From Eledone cirrhosa (taxonomy: Eukaryota), in the NCBI GenBank assembly GCA_964016885.1, contig OZ024751.1, forward strand, positions 42,346,001 through 42,410,000: a stretch of 64,000 nucleotides of DNA, given 5' to 3'. This document shows, piece by piece, positions 39,108 to 52,396 of the stretch. The notes beneath the pieces were generated by a model. It was given only the letters and a program-made list of their open reading frames with translations, was not told the origin of the DNA and ran no database searches. Positions within the stretch are counted from its first letter, which is position 1, and every line of letters starts with the position of its first letter. The position numbers and the translations under genes are program-made.

Positions 39108-40250
39108 TAATAATAATAATGAAATTATTGTGTACAGTGCTCAGGTGCACTACAACTCATCAAAGGTGCATGTATAGTACATAGAATAATGTACAAATGT
39201 CAGGAAAATGAACAGTGTATGAGTCATGATATAATAATAATAATAATAATAATAATGAAATTATTGTGTACAGTACCCAGGTGCACCACAACTCATCAAA
39301 AAGTGCATGTACAGTACATAGGGCAATGCAAAAACATCAGTAAAATGAACAGTGCACGAGTCATGATACACACATGTGTGCATGTGTATGGAAGGGGTAC
39401 ATCAGGTGTAGTTTTGGCATATTTCGGGAAGCATGAGTGTCTTAAAGGATGCAGTGTCTCGGCAGCTAACAACTGATGCAGGCAGTTTGTTCCATGCTTC
39501 AGCAACTCTGAGCATGAAAAAATGTCTACGAAAGTCATGGGAGCTGTGCTGTTTTCTGATTTTGTAGGCATGTCCACGTGTGTTAGACACATGTAGATCA
39601 AAAAGGTGCTCAGGGTTGCAATTGGCGAGATGGTTAATAACTTTGTGGGTATTCACCAAGTCCATTGCCAGACGTCGGAGCTTCAATGAATCCATGCCCA
39701 GGGAAGCAAGGCGTTCAGAGTATGGTAGGTGTCTGATGGAGGGTATGCGCTTGGTTGCACGTCTCTGAACAGTTTCCAGGAGGTCAATGTTCTGAGCAAG
39801 ATAGGGGTTCCAGACTGATGATGCGAATTCCAAGTGTGGTCGTACCATAGCTGTATACAGTTTTAAATAGATGGCTGGAGAGCGGCTAACAAAGGTCTTG
39901 CTGAGTGATGCCAAGACACCTTCGGCCTTCTTGACAATCTTAGAGACATGCTTTGTCCAACGCAAATCACTGCTGACAGTAATGCCCAGGTCACGTTCAC
40001 AAGAAGACTTCTTGATATCAGTGTTGTGGAGGGAGTATGTGGACGCTGGATTTTTCCTTCCAAAATGCATGGTGGTACACTTGTCCACAGCCAGCTTCAG
40101 TTGCCAGTCTGTGATCCATTGCTGCATTGTGTCCAGGTCTGATTGTAGGAAAGAGTTGTAAATTTCAGGATCAGTCCTTTTGATTTCAAGGTACAGCTTG
40201 ATGTCATCTGCATATTTTAGTACCGTGGCATTCTGTAAGTTGGCATCTAT
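39108..40250 (-). mobile_element. 5'-truncated CR1-type LINE with a duplicated 3' UTR
   Basis: Highly similar to the copy at 5598 (KYADD, ERDLG, WNKLP; ORF end 39402). Two 3' UTR/ATT-tail units lie at ~39108-39229 and ~39230-39400. Confidence 0.9.
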
Positions 40251-41284
40251 GGATGTTAAGAGATAATACTGAAAATGTTCACACTTATTTATCCACCAGT
40301 AAAGAAACTATAAACTTTTCTGAATCATTCTGCTGAATCAATACAGGATGTTTAGACATAATATGACAAATAACTTGGTTATTTTCAAAATTAATTGAAA
40401 ATCATGGGCAGTGCGTTTCATTAAAAATATGGTAACGAAAGAGTTAAATCAATATGTATTGATTAATTGCTTAGATACAAGACCAATATTTATTGCTAAG
40501 CTAAACATTGGTTTTATACATCAATTTCTGTGTCAGTTATGGCTGTGGTCACATGACACTTTTATTTACATATTAGTCAGTGGCATGTATTGATGAGCAG
40601 GATGTGTGCCTGTGTGTGTATGTATGTGTGTGTAGTGTGTCAGTGTATGTGTGTTTGGTGTGTGTGTGTAGTGTGTATGTGTGTGTAATGTGTGTGTGTA
40701 TATGTATGTAATGTGTGTGGTGTGTATATGTATGTAATGTGTGTGTGTATATGTATGTAATGTGTGTGTGGTGTATGTGTGTGTGTATATGTATGTAACG
40801 TGTGTGGTGTGTATATGTATGTAATGTGTGTGTGTATATGTATGTAATGTGTGTGTGGTGTGTATATGTATGTAATGTGTGTATATATGTATGTAATGTG
40901 TGTGTGGTGTATGTGTGTGTGTATATGTATGTAACGTGTGTGTGTGTATATGTATGTAATGTGTGTGTGTGTATATGTATGTAATGTGTGTGTGGTGTAT
41001 GTGTGTGTGTATATGTATGTAACATGTGTGTGGTGTGTGTGTATGTGTGTGTATATGTATGTAATGTGTGTGTGTGTGTGTGGTGTGTAATGGAAGGGCT
41101 AAAGAAACAGACAGTGTCTTTCATTAGAAATATGGTAAGAAAAAGGTTAAAACAATTTAGAAAGTATCTCAACAAGAGAATTATTGGTTGCTAAACCTCT
41201 TATCAATAAAATAGCAACAGTCAATTTTGACATTCCTTAGTTTAGCACCAGTTCAACTGTTCATCATTCCGTTAAAATACCATA

Positions 41285-41636
41285 ATTGTTTCTACGTTAG
41301 GCACAAGGCCAGCAATTACCCAGTGTATTACTGGTACTTTATTTTATCGACCCCATAAGGATGAAAGGCAAAGTTAACCTTGGTGGGATTTGAACTCAGA
41401 CCAAAAAGGGCCGTAACTCTTTACATAATATTCTATAGTTTGCTGTAATAAATACATAATTCTTTCTACTTTAGGCACAAGGCCAGCAATTTACCAGTAC
41501 ATTACTGGTACTTTATTTTATCGACCTCGTAAGGATGAAAGGCAAAGTTAACCTCGGCGGGATTTGAACTCAGAATGGCAAGGGCCGTAACTCTATGCGT
41601 CAAAGCATGGCATCCGACCCTCTGCGGATACAGCCA
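41285..41636 (-). mobile_element. Two SINE A copies
   Basis: Match to the family consensus. Confidence 0.82.
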
Positions 41637-41938
41637 ATGGTAGACAGTGGCATTTCTTTTGATATTGATACATTAAGGAGAAGAATATGGCTTCCTTCTG
41701 TGTTGTTACAATGTAATCAAAGCAGAACTCTTCTATTTAGAACCAATACAACTGGTTTTCTGATCATCATCATCATCATCATCATCATCATCTTCGTTTA
41801 ACGTCCATTTTCCACGCTAGCATGGGTTATGATAACAATGTATATTTATAACACACACACATATATATATATAGTCTTTACTATATATATATATATATAT
41901 ATAGTCTTTACTATATATATATATATATATATAGTCTT

Positions 41939-41973
<35 letters not shown>

Positions 41974-41974
41974 T

Positions 41975-42047
<73 letters not shown>

Positions 42048-42050
<3 letters not shown>

Positions 42051-42298
42051 CAAGATGGCGTAGGACAGAACGAAGGAGAGGCACAAAACAAAGAAAAGAA
42101 TCCCCAGTCACTGAAGAGGTCACAGAATGTGTGACGAAAGAACTTTGACAATATATGAACAGCCGTCTGGTTGTGGAACCAACCAACCAACCGGAAATTT
42201 ACAAATTTCTTAAATTTATAAATTTAATTTATAATAAATTGGAGTGAAAGCAACTGGTGCGTGTGTTTCTTATTGGCAACATGACCCTCCCAAAGTAT

Positions 42299-42306
<8 letters not shown>
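42048..42306 (+). mobile_element. Short dispersed element carrying a hammerhead motif (copy 1)
   Basis: Homologous to 44410-44643; contains the HHR motif, (AACC)n and AATAAA, and ends CCCAAAGTATAACAA(TA)n. Confidence 0.7.
42107..42149 (+). ncRNA. Minimal type-I hammerhead ribozyme motif
   Basis: Stem I GTCA/TGAC, core CTGAAGA, one extra G, 6-bp stem II GTCACA(GAATG)TGTGAC, GAAA, minimal stem III AG(AA)CT, CUU triplet. Confidence 0.6.
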
Positions 42307-42357
<51 letters not shown>

Positions 42358-43501
42358 GTCTAATATCTACTAATGGGATCTTCATATTAGTACACACCAA
42401 CACACTAAACTGTAGCTGATATTTTGGGGGTGTTTTGATGACGTTTGCTACAGAGAGGTTTGTAGTACTGTATGTATAGTAGAGTGGTGGTGTTGGTTGT
42501 GTTGGTAGTGGTGGTGTTGGTGTTGTTGGTGGTGGTGGTATTGGAGTGTTGCTAGTGGGGGGGGGGGTGATGTTGGTGGTGGTGGTGTTGGTAGTGGTGG
42601 TGTTTGTGGTGTATATAATTAATATAAAATGGAAAACCAAGGTTGTTAATCAAATTACATATTTAATCTCTACAAATGTTTCGATGGAGATAAGCTCGGT
42701 GCCAGCAAATAGAACTGATAAATTAATCAGTCAAATGATCAATGATCAATAATTTAGATGGCACCAAAATATAGATCACCATATTTTCAAGAAATGAATA
42801 GATAGTAAAATTGATTTTCTTAACACATCCACGAGAATAGAAGCAAATAAGAGTGGATTATTCTATTCTCATTCTATCTATCCAACTTATCTCTCTCTCT
42901 CTCTCTCTCTCTCTGTATATATATCCATCTATCTATCTATATATACACACACACACACACACATATATATGTATAAAAATAAAACATATATATATAATAT
43001 ATATATATATATACATACATACAAACACACATATATATATATATGTATATAAAAACATAACTCTATGTGTATACAGTAAGCTATACAGGAGGAGAGTATA
43101 TATTGGCCAAACAGCTTTCTATAAAGCTCACTGGATTTATGTAGTTATAGGTGGAATATATGAGAGATCTTCTTAAAGAAAAAGATACAGAAACATAAAT
43201 GGAAACACAGATATTATCTAACAAAAGAATATGGAAGAATAAAGATCTTATCTCATTTATTACTTTACAATTATATATATATATACATATATATATATGT
43301 ATGTATATGTATATATATATATGTATGCGTATGTATGTAGGTATATATGTATGTATGTGCATGTATGTAGGTATATATATGTATATATGTATATATATAT
43401 ATATGTATGTGTATGTATATAGGTATATATATCTATATATATATATGTATGTATGTCTATGTATATATATGTGTGTATATATGTATATATATATATGTGT
43501 G

Positions 43502-43537
<36 letters not shown>

Positions 43538-43556
43538 AAGAATTTACATTTATATA

Positions 43557-43591
<35 letters not shown>

Positions 43592-43593
<2 letters not shown>

Positions 43594-43903
43594 AGGCACA
43601 TGGCTTAGTGGTTAGAGCATTGGGCTTGCAATCGAAAGGTTGTGAGTTCAATTCCGGGTGATGTGTTGTTTCCTTGAGCAAGACACTTTATTTTCACATT
43701 GCTCCAGTTTACTCAGCTGTAGAAATGAGATGGGGTCCCTATCATTCCACTGCAAAGTGGACATGTAGGTGCCACGGCAAAAAAGCACTCACTGTAAATG
43801 AGGTTGATGTTAGGAAGGGCATCCAGCTGTAGAAATCAAGCCAGAATCAGTTCCCGTCCCACTCTTGCAAGCAGGGAAAGGCGGATGTCTGATGATGATG
43901 ATG
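43592..43903 (+). mobile_element. SINE family B copy
   Basis: Head, CORE-like segment and tail match 25370-25710, with small deletions. Confidence 0.85.
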
Positions 43904-44360
43904 ATATATATATATAAAGAATTGGATTATAAATGGAGGTATCCACCATTTAAGTGATATATATCAAGATATAGATAAGCTCAATGTCATATAATTATTA
44001 GCAATCATAAAAGTTGAAATATTCCAACATGACGAGCAAGACAACCAATCTTGCCTCACGTGGGATAATTCCCGTCTAAACCCATACTAGCGTGGAAGAT
44101 AGACATTAAATGATGATGATGATGATGATGGTAAGACATTGTGTAAGGTTATGATAATTGATGACAAAAGTATAACAGAGTATTATATAAAATTAGAGAA
44201 AGTTAACCAAAGATTTATATCAAATTAAAACATTTATTTTTGACATGTTTTGATTGGTGCAGATTAAAATTCAATTACTTCACAGTTAATATTAAAAAAA
44301 AAAATTCATGTTTGAATTTATTTTGCAAGATTTCTTATCTGAAAATGTGTGTTGAAACAG

Positions 44361-44643
44361 ATATTGTTATACTTTGGGAGAGTCATGTTGCCAATAAAAA
44401 TACACAACACACAAAAACAGGATGACGTAGGACAGAACAAAGGAGAAACATAAAATAAAAACCTAGTCACTGTGGAGGTCACAGAATGTGTGACGAAAGA
44501 ACTTTGACAATATATAAACAACCATCTGGTTATCCAACCAACCAACCAGCCAACCAGCCAGAAATTTATAATAAATTGAAGTGAAAACCAACAGGTGCGT
44601 GTGTTTTTCTTGGCAGCATGACCCTCCCAGAGTATAACAATAT
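44361..44643 (+). mobile_element. Hammerhead-carrying element (copy 2) bounded by ~48-bp inverted termini
   Basis: 44361-44410 is the reverse complement of the element's 3' end (44595-44643). The HHR motif at 44466-44508 has a decayed core (CTGTGGA). Confidence 0.7.
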
Positions 44644-44834
44644 TAAAAACAAAAAAAATTTCCTCGTAAAAATAATATAGTTATTTATTTTTCAATCCCA
44701 AATTTATAAATTACATAAAAATAATAAAGAATTTAATATTTCGCCAAACATATAGAAAAAGAAAGCAATATTGGAAAGGACTATAAATGCCATAAATGAG
44801 AGGAAAAGGAGGGGAAGAGCAAGGACTATTTTTA

Positions 44835-45029
44835 CAGACCTGCCAACCTCTAAAAACCAAAACGGGAAGTACCATGAAAAGAAGTTCCCTAAAACGGGGA
44901 GAAATGAGGCAAAATGGGGAGATTTTACTTAATGAAAGCTATACTCATTCTCCCAAGAGAAGACATTTCTCTTACACTTCAAAGTGGGTGGGAGGTCTCA
45001 ATGTCAGATGGTGAGAGTTGACAGGTCTG
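44835..45029. mobile_element. Putative MITE (hAT-like terminal inverted repeats)
   Basis: CAGACCTGCCAAC ... GTTGACAGGTCTG; no clear TSD. Confidence 0.5.
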
Positions 45030-45274
45030 CTGTTAGGCAATGGAAAAAAGGGGGAAGGGGAGAGGACGCCAGACTCTACACCTAAGTCAGAACAGTGTTT
45101 CAGCTCCACCCTGCAGACAAAATAGCAAAATTAACATGAAAAATCAACATTAAATATAATTTTGTTATCGATGTAAAATTTACTGATATTACATCAAATT
45201 ACCTGCGTAATCTCTTCAGGAATGATAAAGTTTGTTAAAATTAGTTTATCAGTTTCTAACGGGCAGAGGCAACC

Positions 45275-45676
45275 ATAGGATGTGGCTCTTGATAAGTTGG
45301 CAACCATAGGATGTGACTCTTGATAAGTTGGGTCACATAAGATGTTACTCTTGATAAGTTGGGTCTCATAGGATGTGGCTCTTGATAATGTGGGCCATAT
45401 AGGATGTGGCTCTTGATAAGTTGGGTCACATAGGATGTGGCTCTTGATAAGTTGGGTCACATAGGATGTGGCTCTTGATAAGGTGGGCCACATAGGATGT
45501 GGATCTTGATAAGGTGGGCCACATAAGATGTGACTCTTGATAAGGTGGGCCACATAAGATGTGGCTCTTGATAAGTTGGATCACATAGGATGTGGCTCTT
45601 GATAAGGTGGGCCACATAAGATGTGACTCTTGATAAGGTGGGCCACATAAGATGTGACTCTTGATAAGGTGGGCCA
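45275..45676. repeat. 31-bp minisatellite (~13 copies)
   Basis: CACATAGGATGTGGCTCTTGATAAGGTGGGC. Confidence 0.93.
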
Positions 45677-46289
45677 TACTACTAAAAATTTCAAGGTAAT
45701 TTTGAAATTAGGTGTGCCATTTAGTAAGTCAAATGGGCCATATGTGGTTCGTGGGCCGCAGTTTGCCCATGACTGGTTTATATTGACAGAAATACCAAAC
45801 TGTCCACAGAACCCCTCCCCCTTCCCCAGTAAAAGCACATATACTGAAATGGTAAACAAAATACTGGTATCGGAGTAAGTTATATCAATAATTTACAAAG
45901 TAAAAAATATATAATATAATTTTACTAATTCAGTGTTGTCAAAAAACATTAAGAAATTACCAACTCACCATTGTGAACGACAAAAAATACATCGATAATG
46001 CAATTATTTTTAATGTTAATTTTTTAATGTTAATTGTGAAGTAATTATATTTTTATCTGCACCAATTGCAGCATGTTGAAAATAAATATTGTTAATTTGA
46101 TATACATATTTTTGGTTAATCATTCTTAAATCTTATATATATCATCATCATCATCTTTATCATCGTTTTTACATCTGCTTTTCCATGCTTGCAAGGGTAT
46201 ATATATATATCATTATCATCATCGACATTTTTGTCCAATCCTAGCTGGCAGGGAAAGTGGATTTTAAATGATGATATATATATTATATA

Positions 46290-46710
46290 AAAGCCGACCT
46301 TACCCAATTGCACCTCTCAAGGGCGATGACACATGACCGTGACCTCTGGCGTCACACAGTAATACAGAAGACCCGACTTCTCATAGAAACAAGCCGAAGC
46401 TGAAGCATATAGACAATATGCCCCCACAACCTCCCACTGCAAAGTGGTCGTGGTGGGGCCACAGCAAAAAAGCACCCAGCCCACACTGTGAAGTGGGCGT
46501 GTAGGCGCCACGGAAAAAAAAGCACCCAACACTCACTGTAAATGAGGTTGGTGTTAGGAAGGGCATCCAGCTGTAGAAATCAAGCCAGAATCAGTTCCTG
46601 TATGAGCAAGACAAGGTCAGCCGACTGGACACTAGCCACAACAGGACAACCCGTCTAACCCATGCTAGTGTGGAAGAACGGACGTAAAACGGTGATGATG
46701 ATGATGATGA
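46290..46710 (+). mobile_element. RTE-type LINE extreme 3' end
   Basis: Homologous to 27200-27617. Confidence 0.82.
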
Positions 46711-47335
46711 TATATGTGTGTGTGTTTGTGTGTGTATCATTATCATGATATATGCATGTATATATATATATATATATATGTATATTATGCTAGTACCTCA
46801 AAATATCCAGCCCACACTGTAAAGTGGTCATGTAGGTGTCAAGACAAAAAGCACCCAGAACACACTGTAAATGTGGTTGGCGTTAGGAAGAGCATCCAGC
46901 TGTAGAAAACCATCCGGAAACACTTCTATAAGAGCAAGACACGGTCACCTGACCCAACTTGCCTCTAAATGAGACAAACCCGTCTAACCCCATGCTAGTG
47001 TGGAAGATAGACGTTAATCGATGATGAAGATGATGATGATGATGACAATGATGATATTGAATCATGGTATGGCTGAGGATGAGAATGGTGATAGTGCAAG
47101 AGGAGGGAGTTACTTGGATGATGTGTCGCTTGAGTTACGTAGACAGTTTATGGATTTGACGAATGTCTCAGATGAAAGAATCCCAAAGAATCCTGAGAAC
47201 AGCAGATAGGGGGGGGGGGGTATTTGAAATAAGAAAAAAGATAAATACTGTCATTCAACACATCCAGACAAAAGACATATTGTTTCTCTATGTAGACCTG
47301 TCCAATTCTTGTTAGCAGAGGCAGCAGATGTTAAA

Positions 47336-47742
47336 TAATAATAATATAATAATGAAATTATTGTGTAAAGTGCTCAGGTGCACTACAACTCGTCAAAGGT
47401 GTATGTATAGTACATAGAATAATACACAAATGTCAGGGAAGTACATGTGTGTATGTGTTAGCTGTAGTGTTGGCGGATCTCGGGAAGCATGGAGGCATTA
47501 AAGGATGCAGTGTCTCGACAGCTAACAACTGATGCAAGTAGTTTGTTCCATGCTTCAGCAACTCTGAGCGTGAAAAAATGTTTCCGAAAGTCATGGGAAC
47601 TGTGCTGTTTTCTTACTTTGTGGGCATGTCCACGTGTGTTAGACACATGGAAATCAAAAAGGTACTCAGGGTTGTTGTTGGCAACATGGTTAACAATTTT
47701 GTGGGTGTTTACCAAGTCAGTTGTCAGGCGTCGAAGCTTCAA
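47336..47742 (-). mobile_element. Short 5'-truncated CR1-type LINE
   Basis: Near-identical to the 3' 400 bp of the 5598 copy. Confidence 0.9.
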
Positions 47743-47759
47743 ATGATGATGATGATGAT

Positions 47760-48970
47760 GATATATATATATATATGCATATATGCATCCCTACTCAAAT
47801 ATTTGCATATATACATTTGCATGTGTAAATATTTGTATGCATGTGTAGTTATGTGTATGTATGTGTACGCATGTATGTGTATGTATGTATATTTATGTAT
47901 GTGTATGCATGTATGAAAATGTATGTATGTGTTTGCATGTGTATGTATCTTTGTATGTGCATGTATATATATATATGTGTATGTATGTGTATACATGTGT
48001 ATATATATATATATGCATATATGCATCCCTACTCAAATATTTGCATATATACATTTGCATGTGTAAATATTTGTATGTATGTGTAGTTAAGTGTATGTAT
48101 GTGTACGCATGTATGTGTATGTATGTATATTTATGTATGTGTATGCATGTATGAAAATGTATGTATGTGTTTGCATGTGTATGTATCTTTGTATGTGCAT
48201 GTATATATATATATATATGTATGTATGTGTATACATGTGTATGTATGCATATGTATATGTGTGTTTGTATGTGTATACATGTGTATGTATGTATGTGTAT
48301 GTATGTATATGTATGTGTATGTAGGTACATGTATGTATACGTGTGTATGTATATGTTTGCATGTGTATGTATCTTTCTATGTGCATGTATATATATATAT
48401 GTGTATGTATGTGTATACATGTGTATGTATGCATATGTATATGTGTGTTTGTATGTGTATACATGTATATGTATGTGTATGTAGGTACATGTATGTATAT
48501 GTGTGTATGTATGTGTTTGCATGTGTATGTATCTTTGTATGTGCATGTATATATATATATGTGTATGTATGTGTATACATGTGTATGTATGCATATGTAT
48601 ATGTGTGTTTGTATGTGTATACATGTGTATGTATGTATGTGTATGTATGTATATGTATGTGTATGTAGGTACATGTATGTATACGTGTGTATGTATATGT
48701 TTGCATGTGTATGTATCTTTCTATGTGCATGTATATATATATATGTGTATGTATGTGTATACATGTGTATGTATGCATATGTATATGTGTGTTTGTATGT
48801 GTATACATGTGTATGTATGTGTATGTATGTATATGTATGTGTATATATGTGTATGTATGCATATGTATATGTGTGTTTGTATGTGTATACATGTGTATGT
48901 ATGTATGTGTATGTATGTATATGTATGTGTATGTAGGTACATGTATGTATACGTGTGTATGTATGTATAT
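47760..48970. repeat. (TATG/TG)n compound microsatellite with block duplications
   Basis: Direct inspection. Confidence 0.92.
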
Positions 48971-49037
48971 GTTTACACCTGCATCATATTTGATATGATT
49001 AGCAATGAAAAATTCTGCATCAAAGTTAATAGTTTAT

Positions 49038-50490
49038 TGGGGGTGGCTTGCAGAGGTGGTGGTGGGGGTGGCTTGCAGAGGTGGTGGTGGTGGCAGTGGG
49101 GGGGGGGTGGCTTGCAGAGGTGGTGGTGGTGGCAGTGGGGGTGGTGGTGGTGGCTTGCAGAGGTGGTGGTGGGGGTGGCTTGCAGAGGTGGTGGTGGTGG
49201 CAGTGGGGGTGGCACTTGTGGTGGTAGTGGGGGTGGCTTTCAGAGGTGGTGGTGGTGGCAGTGGGGGTGGTGGTGGTGGGGGTGGCACTTGTGGTGGTGG
49301 TGGTGGTAGTGGGGGTGGTGGGGGTGGCTTGCAGAGGTGGTGGTGGTGGCAGTGGGGGTGGCACTTGTGGTGGTGGTGGTGGAAGTGATGCTAGTGGTGG
49401 GGTGGTGGTAGTGGGGGTGGCACTTGTGGTGGTGGTTGTGGTGGTAGTGGGGGTGGCTTGCAGAGGTGGTGGTGGCATTAGTGGGGGGTGATTGGGGCAT
49501 GTAGTGGCAGCAGCATGTGGTGGTAGCTTATGGAGGTGGTGGAGGTGATGGTGGTGGTGGGGGATGTGTATGTGGTGCTGATGGTGGTGGTGGTGGCAGG
49601 CGGAGGTATATGTGGTGGTGGAGGTGTATGTGGAGATGTATGTGATGGCAGTGATGGTGAAGATGTATGCGAAGGTGGTGGTGGTGGTAGTGGAGGCGAC
49701 AGGTGAAGGTGCATGTGATGGTGGAGGTGATGGTGGAGGTGATGGTGGTGGTGGTGTCAGGTGGAGGTGCATGTGATGGTGGTGGTGGTGGTGGTGGAGG
49801 TGATGGTGGTGGTGGTGTCAGGTGGAGGTGCATGTGATGGTGGTGGTGGTGGTGGTGGTGGAGGTGATGGTGGTGGTGGTGTCAGGTGGAGGTGTCGTGG
49901 TGGTGGAGGTGGTGGTGGGAGGTGGAGGTGCATGTGATGGTGGTGGTGGTGGTGGTGGTGGTGGTGGAGGTGATGGTGGTGGTGGAGGTGATGGTGGTGG
50001 TGGTGGTGGTGGAGGTGATGGTGGTGGTGGTGTCAGGTGGAGGTGTCGTGGTGGTGGAGGTGGTGGTGGGAGGTGGAGGTGCATGTGATGGTGGTGGTGG
50101 TGGAGGTGTATGTGATGGTGGTGGTGGTGGTGGTGGTGGTGGAGGTGATGGTGGTGGTGGTGTCATGGTGGTGGTGTCGTGGTGGTGGAGGTGGTGGTGG
50201 GAGGTGGAGGTGCATGTGATGGTGGTGGTGGCAGGTGCAGGTGCATGTGATGGTGGTGGTGGTGGTGGAGGTGTATGTGATGGTGGTGGTGGTGGTGGTG
50301 GTGGTGTCATGGTGGTGGTGTCATGGTGGTGGAGGTGGTGTTGGGAGGTGGAGGTGCATGTGATGGTGGTGGTGGCAGGTGCAGGTGCATGTGATGGTGG
50401 TGGTGGTGGTGGTGGAGGTGTATGTGATGGTGGTGGTGGCAGGTGCATGTGATGGTGGTGGTGGCAGGTGGAGGTGCATGTGGTGGTGAA
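49038..50490. repeat. (GGT)n-based compound repeat
   Basis: Direct inspection. Confidence 0.93.
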
Positions 50491-50687
50491 GGTGACAGCG
50501 GTTACTGCAAGAGGTGGTGGGAGGAAGGTATCGCAGTTAATTGAATGGCATCAAAACCAACCTTTGCTGAGTCATGTCAGTCATCAAGATACCTTACACA
50601 GATTGTTGAAATGACTTCATTTAAAAATCTTTTTCAATTAAATTTCTGACTACTGACACATTATATTCTTTAGCAGAGGAACACTGT

Positions 50688-51963
50688 TCATTATTTGGTA
50701 GGTGGAATGGCAGCAGAATCGGTAGAGTGTCAGACACCATGCTGTGCAGGTCGGACACCGTGCTGTGCAGATTCATTATTTGGTAGGTGGTGGAATGGCA
50801 GCAGAATCGGTAGAGTGTCAGACACCATGCTGTGCAGGTCGGACACCGCGCTGTGCAGATTCATTATTTGGTAGGTGGTAGAATGGCAGCAGAATCGGTA
50901 GAGTGTCAGACACCATGCTGTGCAGGTCGGACACCGTGCTGTGCAGATTCATGTGGTGGATTGGCAGTATCGGTAGAGGGTCGGACGCCATGCTTTCCAG
51001 CATAGTTACGTCCCTTTACAATCTGAGTTCAAATCCCGCTGAGGTTGACTTTGCCTTTCATCCTTACGGGGTCGATAAAATAAAGTACCAGTAATGCACT
51101 GGGGTAATTGCTAGCCTTGTGCCTAAAGTAGAAACAATTATTTGGTAGGTGGTGGAATGGCAGCAGAATCGGTAGAGTGTCAGACACCATGCTGTGCAGG
51201 TCGGACACCGTGCTGTGCAGATTCATTATTTGGTAGGTGGAGGAATGGCAGCAGAATCGGTAGAGTGTCAGACACCATGCTGTGCAGGTCGGACACCGTG
51301 CTGTGCAGATTCATTATTTGGTAGGTGGTGGAATGGCAGCAGAATCGGTAGAGTGTCAGACTCCATGCTGTGCAGGTCGGACACCGAGCTGTGCAGATTC
51401 ATTATTTGGTAGGTGGTGGAATGGCAGCAGAATCGGTAGAGTGTCAGACACCATGCTGTGCAGCATAGAGTTACATCCCTTTACGTTCTGAATTTGAATC
51501 CCGCTGAGGTTAGCTTTGCCTTTCATCCTTACGATGTCGATAAAATAAAGTACCAGTAATGTACTGGGGTCGATTTAATTGACTTTCTCCTTCCTCAAAA
51601 ATTGTTGGCCTTGTGCCTATATTAGAAACCGTTATTTGGTAGGTGGTGGAATGGCAGTAGAATCGGTAGAACGTCAGACAACATGCTATGCAGCATAGAG
51701 TTACATCCCTTTACGTTCTGAGTTCAAATCCCGTCGAGGTTAACTTTACCTTTCATCCTTACAGGTTCGGGCTCGATAAAATAATTGTTTCTATTTTAGG
51801 CACAAGGCCAGTAATTATCCCAGTGTATTACTGGTACTTTATTTTATCGAACCAGTAAGGATGAAAGGTAAAGTTAACCTCGGCGGGGTTTGAACTCAGA
51901 CCTTAAAGGGCCGTAACTCTATGCTGCAAAGCATGGCGTCCGACCCTCTACCGATACTGCCAA
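50688..51963. repeat. 88-bp tandem repeats derived from the SINE A head, interleaved with complete SINE A copies
   Basis: Unit ATTCATTATTTGGTAGGTGGTGGAATGGCAGCAGAATCGGTAGAGTGTCAGACACCATGCTGTGCAGGTCGGACACCGTGCTGTGCAG. SINE bodies lie at ~50953, ~51410, ~51640 (+) and ~51783-51963 (-). Confidence 0.85.
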
Positions 51964-52016
51964 TAATTTATCAGTATTCCAGCTGAATGCTCAAACGATT
52001 AAGCTACAGAACCTAA

Positions 52017-52396
52017 TTCATTTCATTTCATTTCATTTCATTTCATTTCATTTCATTTCATTTCATTTCATTTCATTTCATTTCATTTCATTTCATTTTA
52101 CGTCCGCTTTTCCCTGCTTGCAAGGGTGGGACGGGAACTGATTCTGGCTTGATTTCTATAGCTGGATGCCCTTCCTAACACCAACCTCATTTACAGTGAG
52201 TGCTGGGTGCTTTTTTTGCCGTGGCACCTCCACGACCACTTTACAGTGGAATGATAGGGACCCCAGTCCCTATCATCTCATTTCTACAGCTGAGTAAACT
52301 GGAGCAATGTGAAATAAAGTGTCTTGCTCAAGGAAACAACACATCACCCGGTCTGAGAATTGAACTCACAACCTTTCGATTGCAAGGTCAATGCTC
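52017..52396 (-). mobile_element. SINE family B copy with an expanded (AAATG)n tail
   Basis: The body matches family B; (CATTT)n at 52017-52098 continues the tail motif. Confidence 0.85.

Noticed and set aside
45190-45222. CTGAAGA followed by a hairpin on the minus strand
   Set aside because: No GAAA or stem III follows.
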